Shown: piece by piece, positions 26,421 through 36,287 of the stretch
Layout: each line of letters begins with the position of its first letter
Position numbering within the stretch: position 1 is the first letter of the stretch
Assembly: GCA_963801355.1 (NCBI GenBank)
Contig: CAWDEM010000008.1
Span: 2,080,001 to 2,144,000 of the forward strand
Length of the DNA: 64,000 nucleotides
Reading direction: 5' to 3'
From: Ignavibacteriota bacterium
GTDB lineage: Bacteria; Bacteroidota; Ignavibacteria; UBA10030; UBA6906
Notes under the pieces: generated by a model
Databases searched by the model: none
What the model saw: only the letters and a program-made list of their open reading frames with translations
Told to the model about the DNA's origin: nothing
Position numbers and translations under genes: made by a program

Positions 26421-27446
26421 CTAGTGACTGATGGCCACGGAGATGAAGTGGCGTGATCCGAGAATTCCGAAGGGTTCGTACGCATAGTCGATGCGCACGG
26501 GGAATCCGGAAATCTCCTGGGACACGCCCACGCCGGCGCTCCACCCACGCTCGTCATAATTCGTTGCATACCCGACACGGGCGGTGAACTTGCCGAGAAA
26601 ACAGTACTCGGCCCCGAATTTCGCCTTTTCACCGAAATCACGCGGATGCCGTGACTCGAAGCAGACAACAAACGCATGGGTCGAGTCTTCATCCATGAAG
26701 AAACCCAGCGGTCTGACGGTGACGCCGAAACTCACAACAAAGGGAAGCGGAAATGCCTCGTTCTCGTATGTCAGTTCCCTGGAAATATTTTGCAGGACAG
26801 CGCCGAAGGTGATGCCGTTGCTCAGGAACTCGTAGTATGCGCCGACGTCCAGCCCGAGTACATCCTTGGCGTAGTTGCGCTGATCGAGCGCAAGCGCCGA
26901 ATCGGAAAGTGACGAACCGGCCGTTGAAACCCAGGCGTCCCCGAGATTCTGACGGGCGTATTTCGCATGGATGCCGTAGGAAAAGTGGTCGGAGACTTTT
27001 TGCGAGAACGCTAGACCTATTGCCATCGCCGTGGGCGTGAACGTCCCCGTCTCTTCGTAGCCCTGACTGTTCGCCGAACGTACGGTGCCATAGAAAGTCC
27101 CGTAATCCATGGACAGCACACTGAATCCCAGCACGCCGAAATCCAGGAGCCGGATTCCACCCGCCACGGCGTTGTAGTTGATGTCGGCAATGCCTTCCGT
27201 GTGGTTCATCGAGACTTCAATGTCGCGGGGCATCCAGCTGAGCAGCGCGGGATTCCAGAAGATGCTGTTGGCGGAGAATGTGTTCACGACACCCACAGAT
27301 CCTCTTCCCACTACTTCGGCCGAGACGGGATTCTCCAGGAAACGGAAACCCACCTGTGCCCTTTTCACAAACTGCGCCTGCAGCAGGCCATGGGACGCCC
27401 CACAGACGAACAGGGTCAACATGATCAATCTTGTTCTGGTAGACAT
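26421..27446 (-). CDS. PorV/PorQ-family outer-membrane beta-barrel
   Basis: Signal peptide; GFRFL..PVSA..VGRG, SIFWNPALL, alternating beta-strands, C-terminal IDYAY..FGILG..HFIS. Confidence 0.8.
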   Translation of the reverse strand: MSTRTRLIMLTLFVCGASHGLLQAQFVKRAQVGFRFLENPVSAEVVGRGSVGVVNTFSANSIFWNPALLSWMPRDIEVSMNHTEGIADINYNAVAGGIRLLDFGVLGFSVLSMDYGTFYGTVRSANSQGYEETGTFTPTAMAIGLAFSQKVSDHFSYGIHAKYARQNLGDAWVSTAGSSLSDSALALDQRNYAKDVLGLDVGAYYEFLSNGITFGAVLQNISRELTYENEAFPLPFVVSFGVTVRPLGFFMDEDSTHAFVVCFESRHPRDFGEKAKFGAEYCFLGKFTARVGYATNYDERGWSAGVGVSQEISGFPVRIDYAYEPFGILGSRHFISVAISH

Positions 27447-27472
27447 CAGAACCTCCGGTTCCGGTCGAGGAG

Positions 27473-29590
27473 TTATCGTACAATCACGAACTTCACAAAC
27501 TGATTGTCGAGCGGGCGATCATTGGGATCCCGGCAATCCGTCACGGCAAGGACATAGATACCGCTGCTGACATACTGGTTGTCTTCGGTGCGCTGATTCC
27601 ACTCGTGATCAGCGGTCCCGTAGTGCTCGATCATCTTGACGAGGTCGCCGGTCTCCGTAAAAATGCGCAGCGTGCATTTGATGGGGAGATTGAAAAAAGA
27701 AATCTTGTCAGGTGTCCCGCCGACCAACGCTCTGCCCGCAGCGATGGTCGCAGGATTCGGCACGACGCGGACTCCTTCGGATGTATTCATGCCGGGCTTG
27801 AATGCCACCGCAGGAAGCCTGGAACGGGTGGCAAACCGCGAGCTTTCGAGACGCACACCCGTGTCGATTCCGCTGGTGTTCTGTGTGCCATTGTCGACCG
27901 CGGTTACTGCATAGTAGTAATCCACACCGCGCTGGACGGACTGATCCACATATGTCGTCAGGGTGCGGTCTGTGGTTTCGAAGACGAGTTCCCAGCGCGC
28001 ACCACTCTTCTGGTCAAGGGGATCATTGATGTAATATGCACCGCGTTTGCGGTAGACACGCCAGGCCTGCCAGTCGTTGACGCCGGTCACCGCATCGAGG
28101 AAATACTCAGGTGAGGGATACGCCCATTTGACGGTGATGATGTCCGGGCCCGACGTGACCTCGATATCCGGCGGCGGCGGTGACGCTGGAACCGCAGAAC
28201 CCTTGCTGAGGCGGTCCCACGCCCAGTTGGCCCTGTCCAGGACATTCCAGAGTGAGTCGCATCCGGTGAGAATCCACGCCTTTTTCGCGGAATCGGTAAG
28301 CTGACCGGCAATCCAGAGCCGCCCGAGCGAATCCGACTTCTTCCAGTCCAGGCCGCCAACCCCCACCGCATACACGAATGTGAGCGAATCAATCCGCCCT
28401 TGCTGCCTGTTCTTGGTCAGCTCGTACGGCCCCGTGGTGATGAAACGCATCGGCCCTTTCTGTGGCGTGGAGGTAAGAAACGCGCTGATCGGATCCAGGG
28501 GGAATCTGCCTCGCGCATCATCACCCCTGTACGTCTGCCGCAATCCGACATCCCGTCGTCCCCAGACATCGCTCACAATCGAAGCATGCGGGAGCGCGTA
28601 TGGCTGCGCCGGATCGTCCGTCCTGTCAGTGGAGGCCTTGTCCGCGTGGAGAAGTGTATAGCCGGGAATTTGTGTGGAAGACAGAAACCCGGTGATCCGG
28701 TCGGGATCACCGGTGTCGTCATGGGAGCCGTTCGGGTACGGCGCAGAAGCAGGATTCCAGGCATCCCAGTAATATGCGACGGCGAGCGAGTCGCGCGGCC
28801 GGGAGGGGACGAGCGCCGACTTCCGTTTGAACCAGCTGTCAAGATCATCCTCGCCTTCATACGCGAAACCACCGATGACGTTCCGCTCTCCCGCTTTCGA
28901 TGGACCGAAGCTGAATGCGAGAGGCCACCAGAAGCGTATCGTCTGATCGGGCAGAGTATCTTTCGAAGTCGAGGACGACCGCGGAAGCTTGATCTCCCCG
29001 GTGAACTTGTGCGTGGCCTTCCAGATCAGGTAGTCCGCGTGCAGCGGGTTGCTGAAGCCGAAGATTTCCACGTGACTCCGGATGCCGAACTGCGCGCAGA
29101 CATCCTCGAATTCGATCTTGATGTCGGATGTCAACGCCGGATCCACCTTCCAGCGGTAGGGAGCATCGAGCTGGATGCCGTCCACGATGACGTGCGGCGG
29201 GCGGTAACGGCGGGTTTCAAGGGCCCAGTCGGTGGCGCCGAAGTTGGTCAGCGCATCCCCGCGTGTGTACATGTCGTGCTTCACGCCGTTCTCATCCAGT
29301 ATGCCGGGATCATCCAGCGATACGGGGTTGAAGATCTGATACAGCATGTTCGATTGCCACCAATCCGCCGGCCAGTAGAATATCTCCGTGGATTGACGGT
29401 CGGCTCCCGTGAGGTTCCAGCTGAACTGGGACTGCAATCCGCCGTCACCCATCAGCTTGTTCATGCTCAGGCGGATGTTCCCCACGTCGAAGGACATAGG
29501 CGAGGGATTGTAGTTGCGATCCTGTGCATCCATCGTCGGGGCCCCGAGCAGCATCGCGCCGACGAGGAGACCGGGAAGAGTTGCTTTCAT
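27473..29590 (-). CDS. Secreted/surface protein of unknown function with an FN3-like domain and an atypical T9SS-like CTD
   Basis: Signal peptide; PPPPDIEVTSGPDIITVKW...YYYAVTAVD; CTD VRVVPNP...ISFFNLP..CTLRIFTETGDLVK...VSSGIY...KFVIVR. Confidence 0.7.
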   Translation of the reverse strand: MKATLPGLLVGAMLLGAPTMDAQDRNYNPSPMSFDVGNIRLSMNKLMGDGGLQSQFSWNLTGADRQSTEIFYWPADWWQSNMLYQIFNPVSLDDPGILDENGVKHDMYTRGDALTNFGATDWALETRRYRPPHVIVDGIQLDAPYRWKVDPALTSDIKIEFEDVCAQFGIRSHVEIFGFSNPLHADYLIWKATHKFTGEIKLPRSSSTSKDTLPDQTIRFWWPLAFSFGPSKAGERNVIGGFAYEGEDDLDSWFKRKSALVPSRPRDSLAVAYYWDAWNPASAPYPNGSHDDTGDPDRITGFLSSTQIPGYTLLHADKASTDRTDDPAQPYALPHASIVSDVWGRRDVGLRQTYRGDDARGRFPLDPISAFLTSTPQKGPMRFITTGPYELTKNRQQGRIDSLTFVYAVGVGGLDWKKSDSLGRLWIAGQLTDSAKKAWILTGCDSLWNVLDRANWAWDRLSKGSAVPASPPPPDIEVTSGPDIITVKWAYPSPEYFLDAVTGVNDWQAWRVYRKRGAYYINDPLDQKSGARWELVFETTDRTLTTYVDQSVQRGVDYYYAVTAVDNGTQNTSGIDTGVRLESSRFATRSRLPAVAFKPGMNTSEGVRVVPNPATIAAGRALVGGTPDKISFFNLPIKCTLRIFTETGDLVKMIEHYGTADHEWNQRTEDNQYVSSGIYVLAVTDCRDPNDRPLDNQFVKFVIVR

Positions 29591-29615
29591 GGTTCGATCC
29601 TGTCAAATGACCACG

Positions 29616-32600
29616 TTAAAGATTCAATCGGACTCCAAATATGATCCGTCGCGGATTCAAGAAGATCGGTGCCGTCAGCCACCCGGTCTTGATATGATTG
29701 TCGTCGGATGCATATTGGCCCCAGAGGTCGTCTCCTCCCTTGTCCGGGGTTCGCAAAGAATTCTTGTACTCGCTGTATTGTGTCTGGAGCATGTTGCTGA
29801 CGGTCAGGAATTTATTGTTGGTGAGATTCTTGACGGTGATGACCAGTTCCAGCGAGCCATAGGGCGTGGCAAACACCTTTGAGCCGCGGAAGTCTATATT
29901 CCAGTAGTTCACCGCATCGACGTAATTCCGCAGCTTGACGTCAGGTTCTTCCGGATTCAGCAGCACGCGGCCGCCGCTGCGCCAATCAAACAGGAAATTC
30001 GCGAAGAGCCCTCCGAGCCCGGGCCAGTTGATGCCCAGGAATTCCGGGCTGAAATCCGCGGGCGTATGGAGATTGAGGTTGATGTTCGCCCGCGGGCGCG
30101 GTTCCGACGTGTAGAGATTCGGCGATCGCAATTCCCTGTCGCGGGCGAGAAGCCGGTCTTCATAGACCTGCGCAAGTCCCGCCTGGCCCGAGCTGGACAC
30201 CATGTAGTCGTACATCGCGCTGAAGGTGAAGAACTGCCCCACCGGCCGCTCGAGGCGCAGTTCGACGCCACGCACATCACCATAGCCATCGGGTTCGTAT
30301 TCGGCGACAATGTTGTCGCCATAGTAGTTGATGTAGCTCCGGCTCAACGGCTCGTTCGAGATATCCTTGTAATACGCCGTCACGTTCACGAGGTAGTCGG
30401 AAAGGAACATCTGCTCGTAGCCGAACTCGTAGGAGATCGTCCGTCCCATTTCAAGCCCGGGGGTAGGCACAACCACCGAGCCCGGGTCTACCTTCATATT
30501 GTACATGAAGGCAATCGCGGGACGCTGGTAGAAGTGCCCGTAATTGAAGTACATTTTGCTGCTCTCGGTGATCGGGAATGATACTCCGAGGCGGGGAGAA
30601 ATGTGCGCCTGGACCGGATTCGCCGAGCGCGGCCACCCCGGCGGATCCTCCAGGAGGCCGCGGAACGCGAGCCACCGTTCGTAACTCATCCCGGCCCCCG
30701 GCAGATTCTGGTAGATCTCGTTGTAGAAACGCGCATAATCCTCGTCTGCCGGGAATCCCGCGACAAAACCCTCCTTCATGGGATTGAGATAATCCAGGCG
30801 GAGGCCGGCATTCAGGATCATCCCTTCAAATTCAAGTTTGTCCTGAATGTACGCCCCGATTTCCAGAGGCGTGACATTATAGTATTCCCATGTATCAGGG
30901 GTGTAGGCAACCTGCGACTGGAACCATGTTCCGGTGTACACGAAAAGGTGTTGTAAACGGGCGGAGAAGCCCGCCTCGAACTGATGATGCCGCCCCATCT
31001 GGGCGGTGAGGTCGCCTTTGAGCTGATACACCCACGAATGGGAGGAGTCGACGCGTTGCGGACCGCCGAACATGGTGAACGTATTCAGAGCGTCGTAGCC
31101 GTAGTTGGTGGAACCGCTCGGACTTCCGAGGTTCGGCACGTTGTAGCGTATATCCCGCTTCAGACGGCTGCTGTAGAATGTGACCCAGGCGTCTGCACGG
31201 TTCGTGTCAAGCGAGAATGGCGCAAGACCCTGATCGGTATAGCCGACCTGGAGATCAACGGTGTAGAAAGCACTCGGCGAGACGGTATGTGTGAACCTGG
31301 CTCCACCGACGATGTATCGTTGATCATAGTACTGAAGCCGGCTGAGGTTGAACAATTGGGGAAAATTCCCTCCGCCCACCAGCGCAGCCTGCTGCCGCAC
31401 CGCAGTCTCGTTGCTGCCGAGGAATCCAAAACTCGTCGCCTGGTCTATCAGGGCGCCACCGTAGCTTGACACTCCGCTCGAACTCGAGGTCTGCACCTTC
31501 GCGTACAGACCATTGATCGAGAGGCGCATGTTGTCGCTCAACGTACTTGTCAGTTTCAGCTGACCGTTCCAGTCAACATAGTTATCGCGCGGTCCGATGG
31601 GAAAAGCCAGTTGCGAGTTCTCATATTTGAATCCGAGCATGAAGGTGGTGCGCTCCGCAAACTCGCCAAACAGAAAGTCACCGGGGAACGGACCCGTCAG
31701 CGTGCCTTCGATGAAGTAGTCCGGCGAGGCCGCGACCCTGTATTGGGGGTGCTGCAACCGCCAGAGCTGCAGTTTCTGTGTTGAATCGAGTTCGCGGGGG
31801 ACCGTCGATGCATCCGCCCAGCCGCGGAAATTACGAAACTCCACCGGGATCGTCGTGTCGGATGCGCTCACGCCTTGCATGGCATACTCCCCGGAGTAGA
31901 TCCGGTAAATCCATGATGCATCGCTCCATGGATCGTCTCCGGGACTGCCCTTGAAGAACCGTGCTTGCCCTGCAGGTGCCACGTCGGCCTTCAGTGACAG
32001 GGTGTAACGTTCACGGTGCCCGTCCTTGGTGACGACGTTCAGCAGACCCGATCGGATGCCGCCGTACTTCGCCTGGAAACCGCCGGTCAACACCTGGATC
32101 TCTTCAATAGCGGTGGAGTTCAATGCCAGATACGAGTTTTCGGTCCGCGGGTCCTGCAACGAAATGCCATCCATGCGGACTTCCGTCTCGCGTATACCTC
32201 CGCCGCGCACGCTGAGCCCGCTCCCCTGTACTCCGCTCACGAGTTCCACTCCCTTCAGCCGGCCGACGAATTCGTCCACATGCAGAACCGGCATCTCGGC
32301 AAGGCGGGCGGTTCCGATGACCTCCTGTGTCGCTGAGACATCCTGCTTGATCGCTTCCCTGGTGGCGGTCACCACGACCTGATCCAGCGCAATGGATGTC
32401 GAGGAGATCTGGAAGTTGAGGTTCGTTGTGCGGTCCAGATCGGCTTTCACCGCCCGCTGTGCGAGCGGCGTGTAGCCAATCATTCGGGCTTCAACGACAT
32501 ACACACCGGGCGGGACATTGAGAATGAAGTAGTACCCGTCAGCATCCGTGATTCCTCCAAGCGGTCTGTCGAGTGGAACATCGGTGCCGTCGGTCAGCAT

Positions 32601-32771
32601 GGAAAGTGCAACGATAACGTTTGCACCCGGCAGCGGCTCCCGGCTTTCACGGTCGATCACTCTGCCGGTGATCTTCCCGTTCCCGGCCCAGAGCATCACG
32701 GGGAGTAACAGACCCGCGCAAACCATCGCGCCGACACGATAGATATTCTTCACTGGTATACGGCGTTTCAT
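29616..32771 (-). CDS. TonB-dependent receptor with N-terminal carboxypeptidase-regulatory-like domain (non-SusC type)
   Basis: GKITGRVID..EPLPGANV, plug VRGG...IEEIQVLTGGFQAKYG, YIQDKLEF, SPRLGVSFPIT, C-terminal PRRIIFGVRLNL. Start at MKRRIP (32771) preferred. Confidence 0.9.
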   Translation of the reverse strand: MKRRIPVKNIYRVGAMVCAGLLLPVMLWAGNGKITGRVIDRESREPLPGANVIVALSMLTDGTDVPLDRPLGGITDADGYYFILNVPPGVYVVEARMIGYTPLAQRAVKADLDRTTNLNFQISSTSIALDQVVVTATREAIKQDVSATQEVIGTARLAEMPVLHVDEFVGRLKGVELVSGVQGSGLSVRGGGIRETEVRMDGISLQDPRTENSYLALNSTAIEEIQVLTGGFQAKYGGIRSGLLNVVTKDGHRERYTLSLKADVAPAGQARFFKGSPGDDPWSDASWIYRIYSGEYAMQGVSASDTTIPVEFRNFRGWADASTVPRELDSTQKLQLWRLQHPQYRVAASPDYFIEGTLTGPFPGDFLFGEFAERTTFMLGFKYENSQLAFPIGPRDNYVDWNGQLKLTSTLSDNMRLSINGLYAKVQTSSSSGVSSYGGALIDQATSFGFLGSNETAVRQQAALVGGGNFPQLFNLSRLQYYDQRYIVGGARFTHTVSPSAFYTVDLQVGYTDQGLAPFSLDTNRADAWVTFYSSRLKRDIRYNVPNLGSPSGSTNYGYDALNTFTMFGGPQRVDSSHSWVYQLKGDLTAQMGRHHQFEAGFSARLQHLFVYTGTWFQSQVAYTPDTWEYYNVTPLEIGAYIQDKLEFEGMILNAGLRLDYLNPMKEGFVAGFPADEDYARFYNEIYQNLPGAGMSYERWLAFRGLLEDPPGWPRSANPVQAHISPRLGVSFPITESSKMYFNYGHFYQRPAIAFMYNMKVDPGSVVVPTPGLEMGRTISYEFGYEQMFLSDYLVNVTAYYKDISNEPLSRSYINYYGDNIVAEYEPDGYGDVRGVELRLERPVGQFFTFSAMYDYMVSSSGQAGLAQVYEDRLLARDRELRSPNLYTSEPRPRANINLNLHTPADFSPEFLGINWPGLGGLFANFLFDWRSGGRVLLNPEEPDVKLRNYVDAVNYWNIDFRGSKVFATPYGSLELVITVKNLTNNKFLTVSNMLQTQYSEYKNSLRTPDKGGDDLWGQYASDDNHIKTGWLTAPIFLNPRRIIFGVRLNL

Positions 32772-32973
32772 AGCGAACCCTCTCGAGGGTTTGTGATCAA
32801 ATTCCGGATGAAACCTGGCGGTTCGGTTGGGAAGAGCAGATGGAACGGAGGATGGGCACCTGCACGGTGCATGCATGATTCCCATCATGCCGTGAGGTGA
32901 AACACGGGTTGCCGGCTTTCGACTCACGAGATATGGAATACCCATCACTCGGTTCATGCGTCGCCGCTGGCCC

Positions 32974-33002
32974 AATGTACGACATGACGCTTCGCTTGTC
33001 AA
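32974..33002 (-). promoter_or_regulatory. Sigma70 promoter of the TBDR-hypD operon
   Basis: TTGACA-N17-TACATT on the minus strand, about 200 nt upstream of the TBDR start. Confidence 0.65.
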
Positions 33003-33062
33003 GCTCAAAAATCATCAAAAACGCAAAGAAAACGGGTTAAGATCATCAACCAAAAAAAGTTC

Positions 33063-33256
33063 TTGCTTTTTGGCCGGAAACAATGTATGATTCGTCATCG
33101 ATCGTACACCGTTGTTGGCCTTGTTGAACTCTTTGAGAGATCGCGACCCAGGTGCTGCATGACCGAGTTGCGATTTTTCGTTTTTTCAAGCAGACTTCTG
33201 GTTGTACTCCCGTGTCCGCCGGTTGCGGACTTTCTTACATCGTAAGGATCTGTTCC
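33063..33256 (+). promoter_or_regulatory. Promoter and conserved 5' leader of csp copy 2
   Basis: TTGCTT (33063)-N17-TATGAT (33086); leader blocks shared with csp copy 1. Confidence 0.68.
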
Positions 33257-33457
33257 ATGGAAAAAGGGACAGTGAAGTGGTTCAACGGGGCCAAAGGCTT
33301 CGGATTCATTCAGCGCGAAACGGGCGAAGATGTTTTCGTCCATTTCAAGGAAATCGTCGGAGAAGGGTACAAAACCCTTAACGAAGGCGATAAGGTGACT
33401 TTCGAAGTTACCCGTGGACCAAAAGGTTTGCAGGCAACGAAGGTGACGAAAGGCTAA
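33257..33457 (+). CDS. Cold-shock protein (CspA family), copy 2
   Basis: 66 aa from ATG 33257; 57 of 66 residues identical to copy 1 by manual alignment. Confidence 0.96.
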   Translation: MEKGTVKWFNGAKGFGFIQRETGEDVFVHFKEIVGEGYKTLNEGDKVTFEVTRGPKGLQATKVTKG

Positions 33458-33490
33458 CGCCTTTCTAACGATTCGCACGGCTTAGAACCG

Positions 33491-33525
33491 CGAAAGCCCC
33501 GCCACTGGCGGGGCTTTCGTTTTTT
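33491..33525 (+). terminator. Intrinsic terminator between the convergent csp and amidase genes
   Basis: Stem CGAAAGCCCCGCC / GGCGGGGCTTTCG followed by TTTTTT. Confidence 0.85.
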
Positions 33526-33535
33526 CTGCCCTCGA

Positions 33536-36133
33536 TCACCGCAAGAGTACCATGGAGCGCGAACTCACAAATCCGCCGGCGACGAGCCGGTATATGTACA
33601 CTCCGCTCGCGAGACCCGAGGCGTCAAAAGAAACCATATAGTCACCTGCAGGCCTCTTCTCGTTGACCAGTACCGCCACCTCCCGCCCGAGCATGTCGTA
33701 TACCTTGAGCGTTATGAATTGTGGATCCACAATTGAAAATTGTATGCTCGTGCCAGGGTTGAACGGATTCGGGAAATTCTGTTTGAGCGAGTATCCTGCG
33801 GGCGCACCTGCCGGCTCGCCGTTCATCGCCGTCACCCCCTCCCCCACACTCAAATCGTCAAAATAGACCGTGCCGCTTGTGCGCCCGCCGGGCAGTTGCT
33901 TGATGACGAACCCTGCAAACTGCCGCGTGGCAGTCGTGGGAACAGACGCAATTGATGCTTCAACGAGTTTCCATCCGGTCCAGTCAAGCGTATCGCAATG
34001 CACAAACGTCAACGGATAGAACCAGTATTCGAGCGCGTTGCGGCTGTTGTCACCGAATACCCAGGCGGCAACTTTCGGGCCCGGGTCAACGACCGGCCTG
34101 GAGCCGTTGAATTCGCGTACCGTTCCGCCACTGGGTCCGGCAAATTCATAGCTTACCTTTCCGCTCCCGGTACCCGACTTCTTAATGGCCGTCTCAATCG
34201 CAAATGAGGTGGTGAGCGTCCCCACCGTGCTCCCGCTGGTGCCCGGTTGCCACCAGCTCCCCATGGCATCCAGTGAATTGATGACCGTCCCGCTGAAGTT
34301 CTGATCGGGTCCCGTCGCAAAGGCGATTGTCGGTGCGCTTGAGATGCCGTTGCCTCCGTAGTCCTTCATTGATGGGAGAACGGACAGCAAATACGCGGAC
34401 AGAGCCTGCAATGCCGCAGCCGGGCGGAACGTGATCCGTATTCCCGTGCCCACACTCTGCACCGTTGGCGCCGTCAACGGTATAACATTACCGCCCCCGT
34501 CGATCAGACGGAACGTCCCCCCGAGTGTTGTCGGATCCATCGGCTCACTCACTTCGACTTCAAAAAGAACGGTCGAGCTGACCCCCTCCTGGCCTGCGGC
34601 AGGGTACGTGGCTCCCAGAACCGGCGGCACTGTGTCATGTGCCGTGGTTCTAAACGTAAACACGTACGGCTCACCACCGATACCATCCCCGTTGACATCC
34701 AGGCCGGCACCGAAATAGTTGTGTGCGCCGGTGTCAAGTGTAACCGTGTATTCCGTATCAAACGCAAGAGGCGATGACGGCGTGAACTGCAATGTGCGAT
34801 AGGTGTCCTTCCAGCTCACGGTCCCTGCAATGGCCGGAGTGACATGAAAACTCTGTTCCGCGCTCATCCGCTCGAGCCGCTGATTGAAGGAGACAGGAAT
34901 TGCCTCAAAAACCTGCACACGGCCGGCAGGGGGTTGCGACGTCACGCGCGGGGGTGTCATATCATCGGTCACAATCTGCATCAGGAAATCCCAGTCCCAG
35001 TTGATGCCGGGATCCGTGTGGGTGTTGCATGTGGCGAAGTTCGAAGGATATCCGTTGCTGAGCACCCAGTCCACCCATGTACTGTTGAGATACTCGTTAT
35101 GACCGATGACATGGTTGCGGTCTTTGGAAATGCCGTACTTATCGCAAAGGTATTTCACCAGCCGTCCGGATGCCAGGTACATCTCGGGGGTCCACCAGGC
35201 AGGGTTCGACACAAATCCTTCGTGTTCAATGCCGAACGAATAGCGGTTGAGGCAGACGGCGTGCCAGGCCCAGTACTGTTCTTCCACCTGTTGCGTGATA
35301 TCTCCCGCCGGAGCATCGGAGGGAGAGTCCTGCATACCGTTCACGTCATAGTGGACACTCGCGTCTGTTCCAGCCTGCTGGAAATAGGAAATGACCCCGA
35401 GGTAGTACCCCTCCATGTCGTGAATGACGACAAAATCCCGTTTGTAGCCCATTGTGTACCAGTGACCGGGATATGCAGGAACCCAGTGAGCAGGGGGATA
35501 GTCAGGCTGGGCGGTGCGCTTCTGCAATCCGTTGTTGCTTTCGGCTTCTGCATAGACGGCCTTGGCATTGGCGCTTACAATCTGCATATCCAGCGTACGG
35601 GGCTCAATCCGGATCCCGTATTCATTGTATCCCTTGGCCAGCCGGGAGAGTATTTCATACGCATGTTGGGCTGCGAGTTCGGGTTGGGGGATACCGCAAT
35701 AACGGGCGATGGCGGTTTGCCAGCTTTCGAGGGATCCCGGAGCAGTGCCGGCCGGAAGCGGATACTGTGTGTAGAGGGTCTTGAGATATGCGGCGGCAGC
35801 GCGGATATTCTGTACCACATCCCTGCGCACGGTGGTCGGAGTCTCGCCTATCAATGCAGCGCTCAGGGGCAAGCTCCGCCCGAAGAACCTGTCATCCCTG
35901 AGTGCCATGATGCCGTAAGACCGCGGCAATCCGACACAACTTGCCGTATCGCCATCGGCCCATTCCAGGTGTTCCCAGCGTGTCTCCGCAAATGCAATGC
36001 CTTTGAGCACATCGGCCGGTACTCCGAATTCCCGTCCCGCCGACTCAAATGCCGAGAGAATTTCTGGCTGTGATAGGTCCTGAGCTAATGCTGTCGCCCC
36101 AGATAGAAGCAACACACAAAGAAATCGCGTCAT
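33536..36133 (-). CDS. Secreted N-acetylmuramoyl-L-alanine amidase (Amidase_2) with lysozyme-like N-terminal domain, two Ig-like domains and a T9SS CTD
   Basis: GVPADVLKGIAFAETRW...NIRAAAAYL; VVIHDMEG, WAWHA, GIEHEG, VIGHNE, HTDPG; DMTPPRV and DTVPPVL Ig-like repeats; QNFPNPFNP CTD. Confidence 0.85.
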   Translation of the reverse strand: MTRFLCVLLLSGATALAQDLSQPEILSAFESAGREFGVPADVLKGIAFAETRWEHLEWADGDTASCVGLPRSYGIMALRDDRFFGRSLPLSAALIGETPTTVRRDVVQNIRAAAAYLKTLYTQYPLPAGTAPGSLESWQTAIARYCGIPQPELAAQHAYEILSRLAKGYNEYGIRIEPRTLDMQIVSANAKAVYAEAESNNGLQKRTAQPDYPPAHWVPAYPGHWYTMGYKRDFVVIHDMEGYYLGVISYFQQAGTDASVHYDVNGMQDSPSDAPAGDITQQVEEQYWAWHAVCLNRYSFGIEHEGFVSNPAWWTPEMYLASGRLVKYLCDKYGISKDRNHVIGHNEYLNSTWVDWVLSNGYPSNFATCNTHTDPGINWDWDFLMQIVTDDMTPPRVTSQPPAGRVQVFEAIPVSFNQRLERMSAEQSFHVTPAIAGTVSWKDTYRTLQFTPSSPLAFDTEYTVTLDTGAHNYFGAGLDVNGDGIGGEPYVFTFRTTAHDTVPPVLGATYPAAGQEGVSSTVLFEVEVSEPMDPTTLGGTFRLIDGGGNVIPLTAPTVQSVGTGIRITFRPAAALQALSAYLLSVLPSMKDYGGNGISSAPTIAFATGPDQNFSGTVINSLDAMGSWWQPGTSGSTVGTLTTSFAIETAIKKSGTGSGKVSYEFAGPSGGTVREFNGSRPVVDPGPKVAAWVFGDNSRNALEYWFYPLTFVHCDTLDWTGWKLVEASIASVPTTATRQFAGFVIKQLPGGRTSGTVYFDDLSVGEGVTAMNGEPAGAPAGYSLKQNFPNPFNPGTSIQFSIVDPQFITLKVYDMLGREVAVLVNEKRPAGDYMVSFDASGLASGVYIYRLVAGGFVSSRSMVLLR

Positions 36134-36287
36134 ATCATCCCGTCTGTATGGAACCCGATGCGTACTGATAACTTAGAGATTCAGCGGGTGAGAATCAACG
36201 CGAGGGGCAACAGGCCTGCAACGGGGCGCGAGTGATGGGCACAGCCAAGGGGGCGACCGGAATGAATCTGAAAACTGCACGAGCATA

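Noticed and set aside
32772-33008. N-terminal extensions in the ORF track for the TBDR (and similarly for norB, the UroD-like gene, GH, csp2, GH115, GH10, CE4 and GH35)
   Set aside because: The extensions overlap promoters, terminators or neighbouring genes. Downstream starts have an RBS, a stop-start overlap or a signal peptide.
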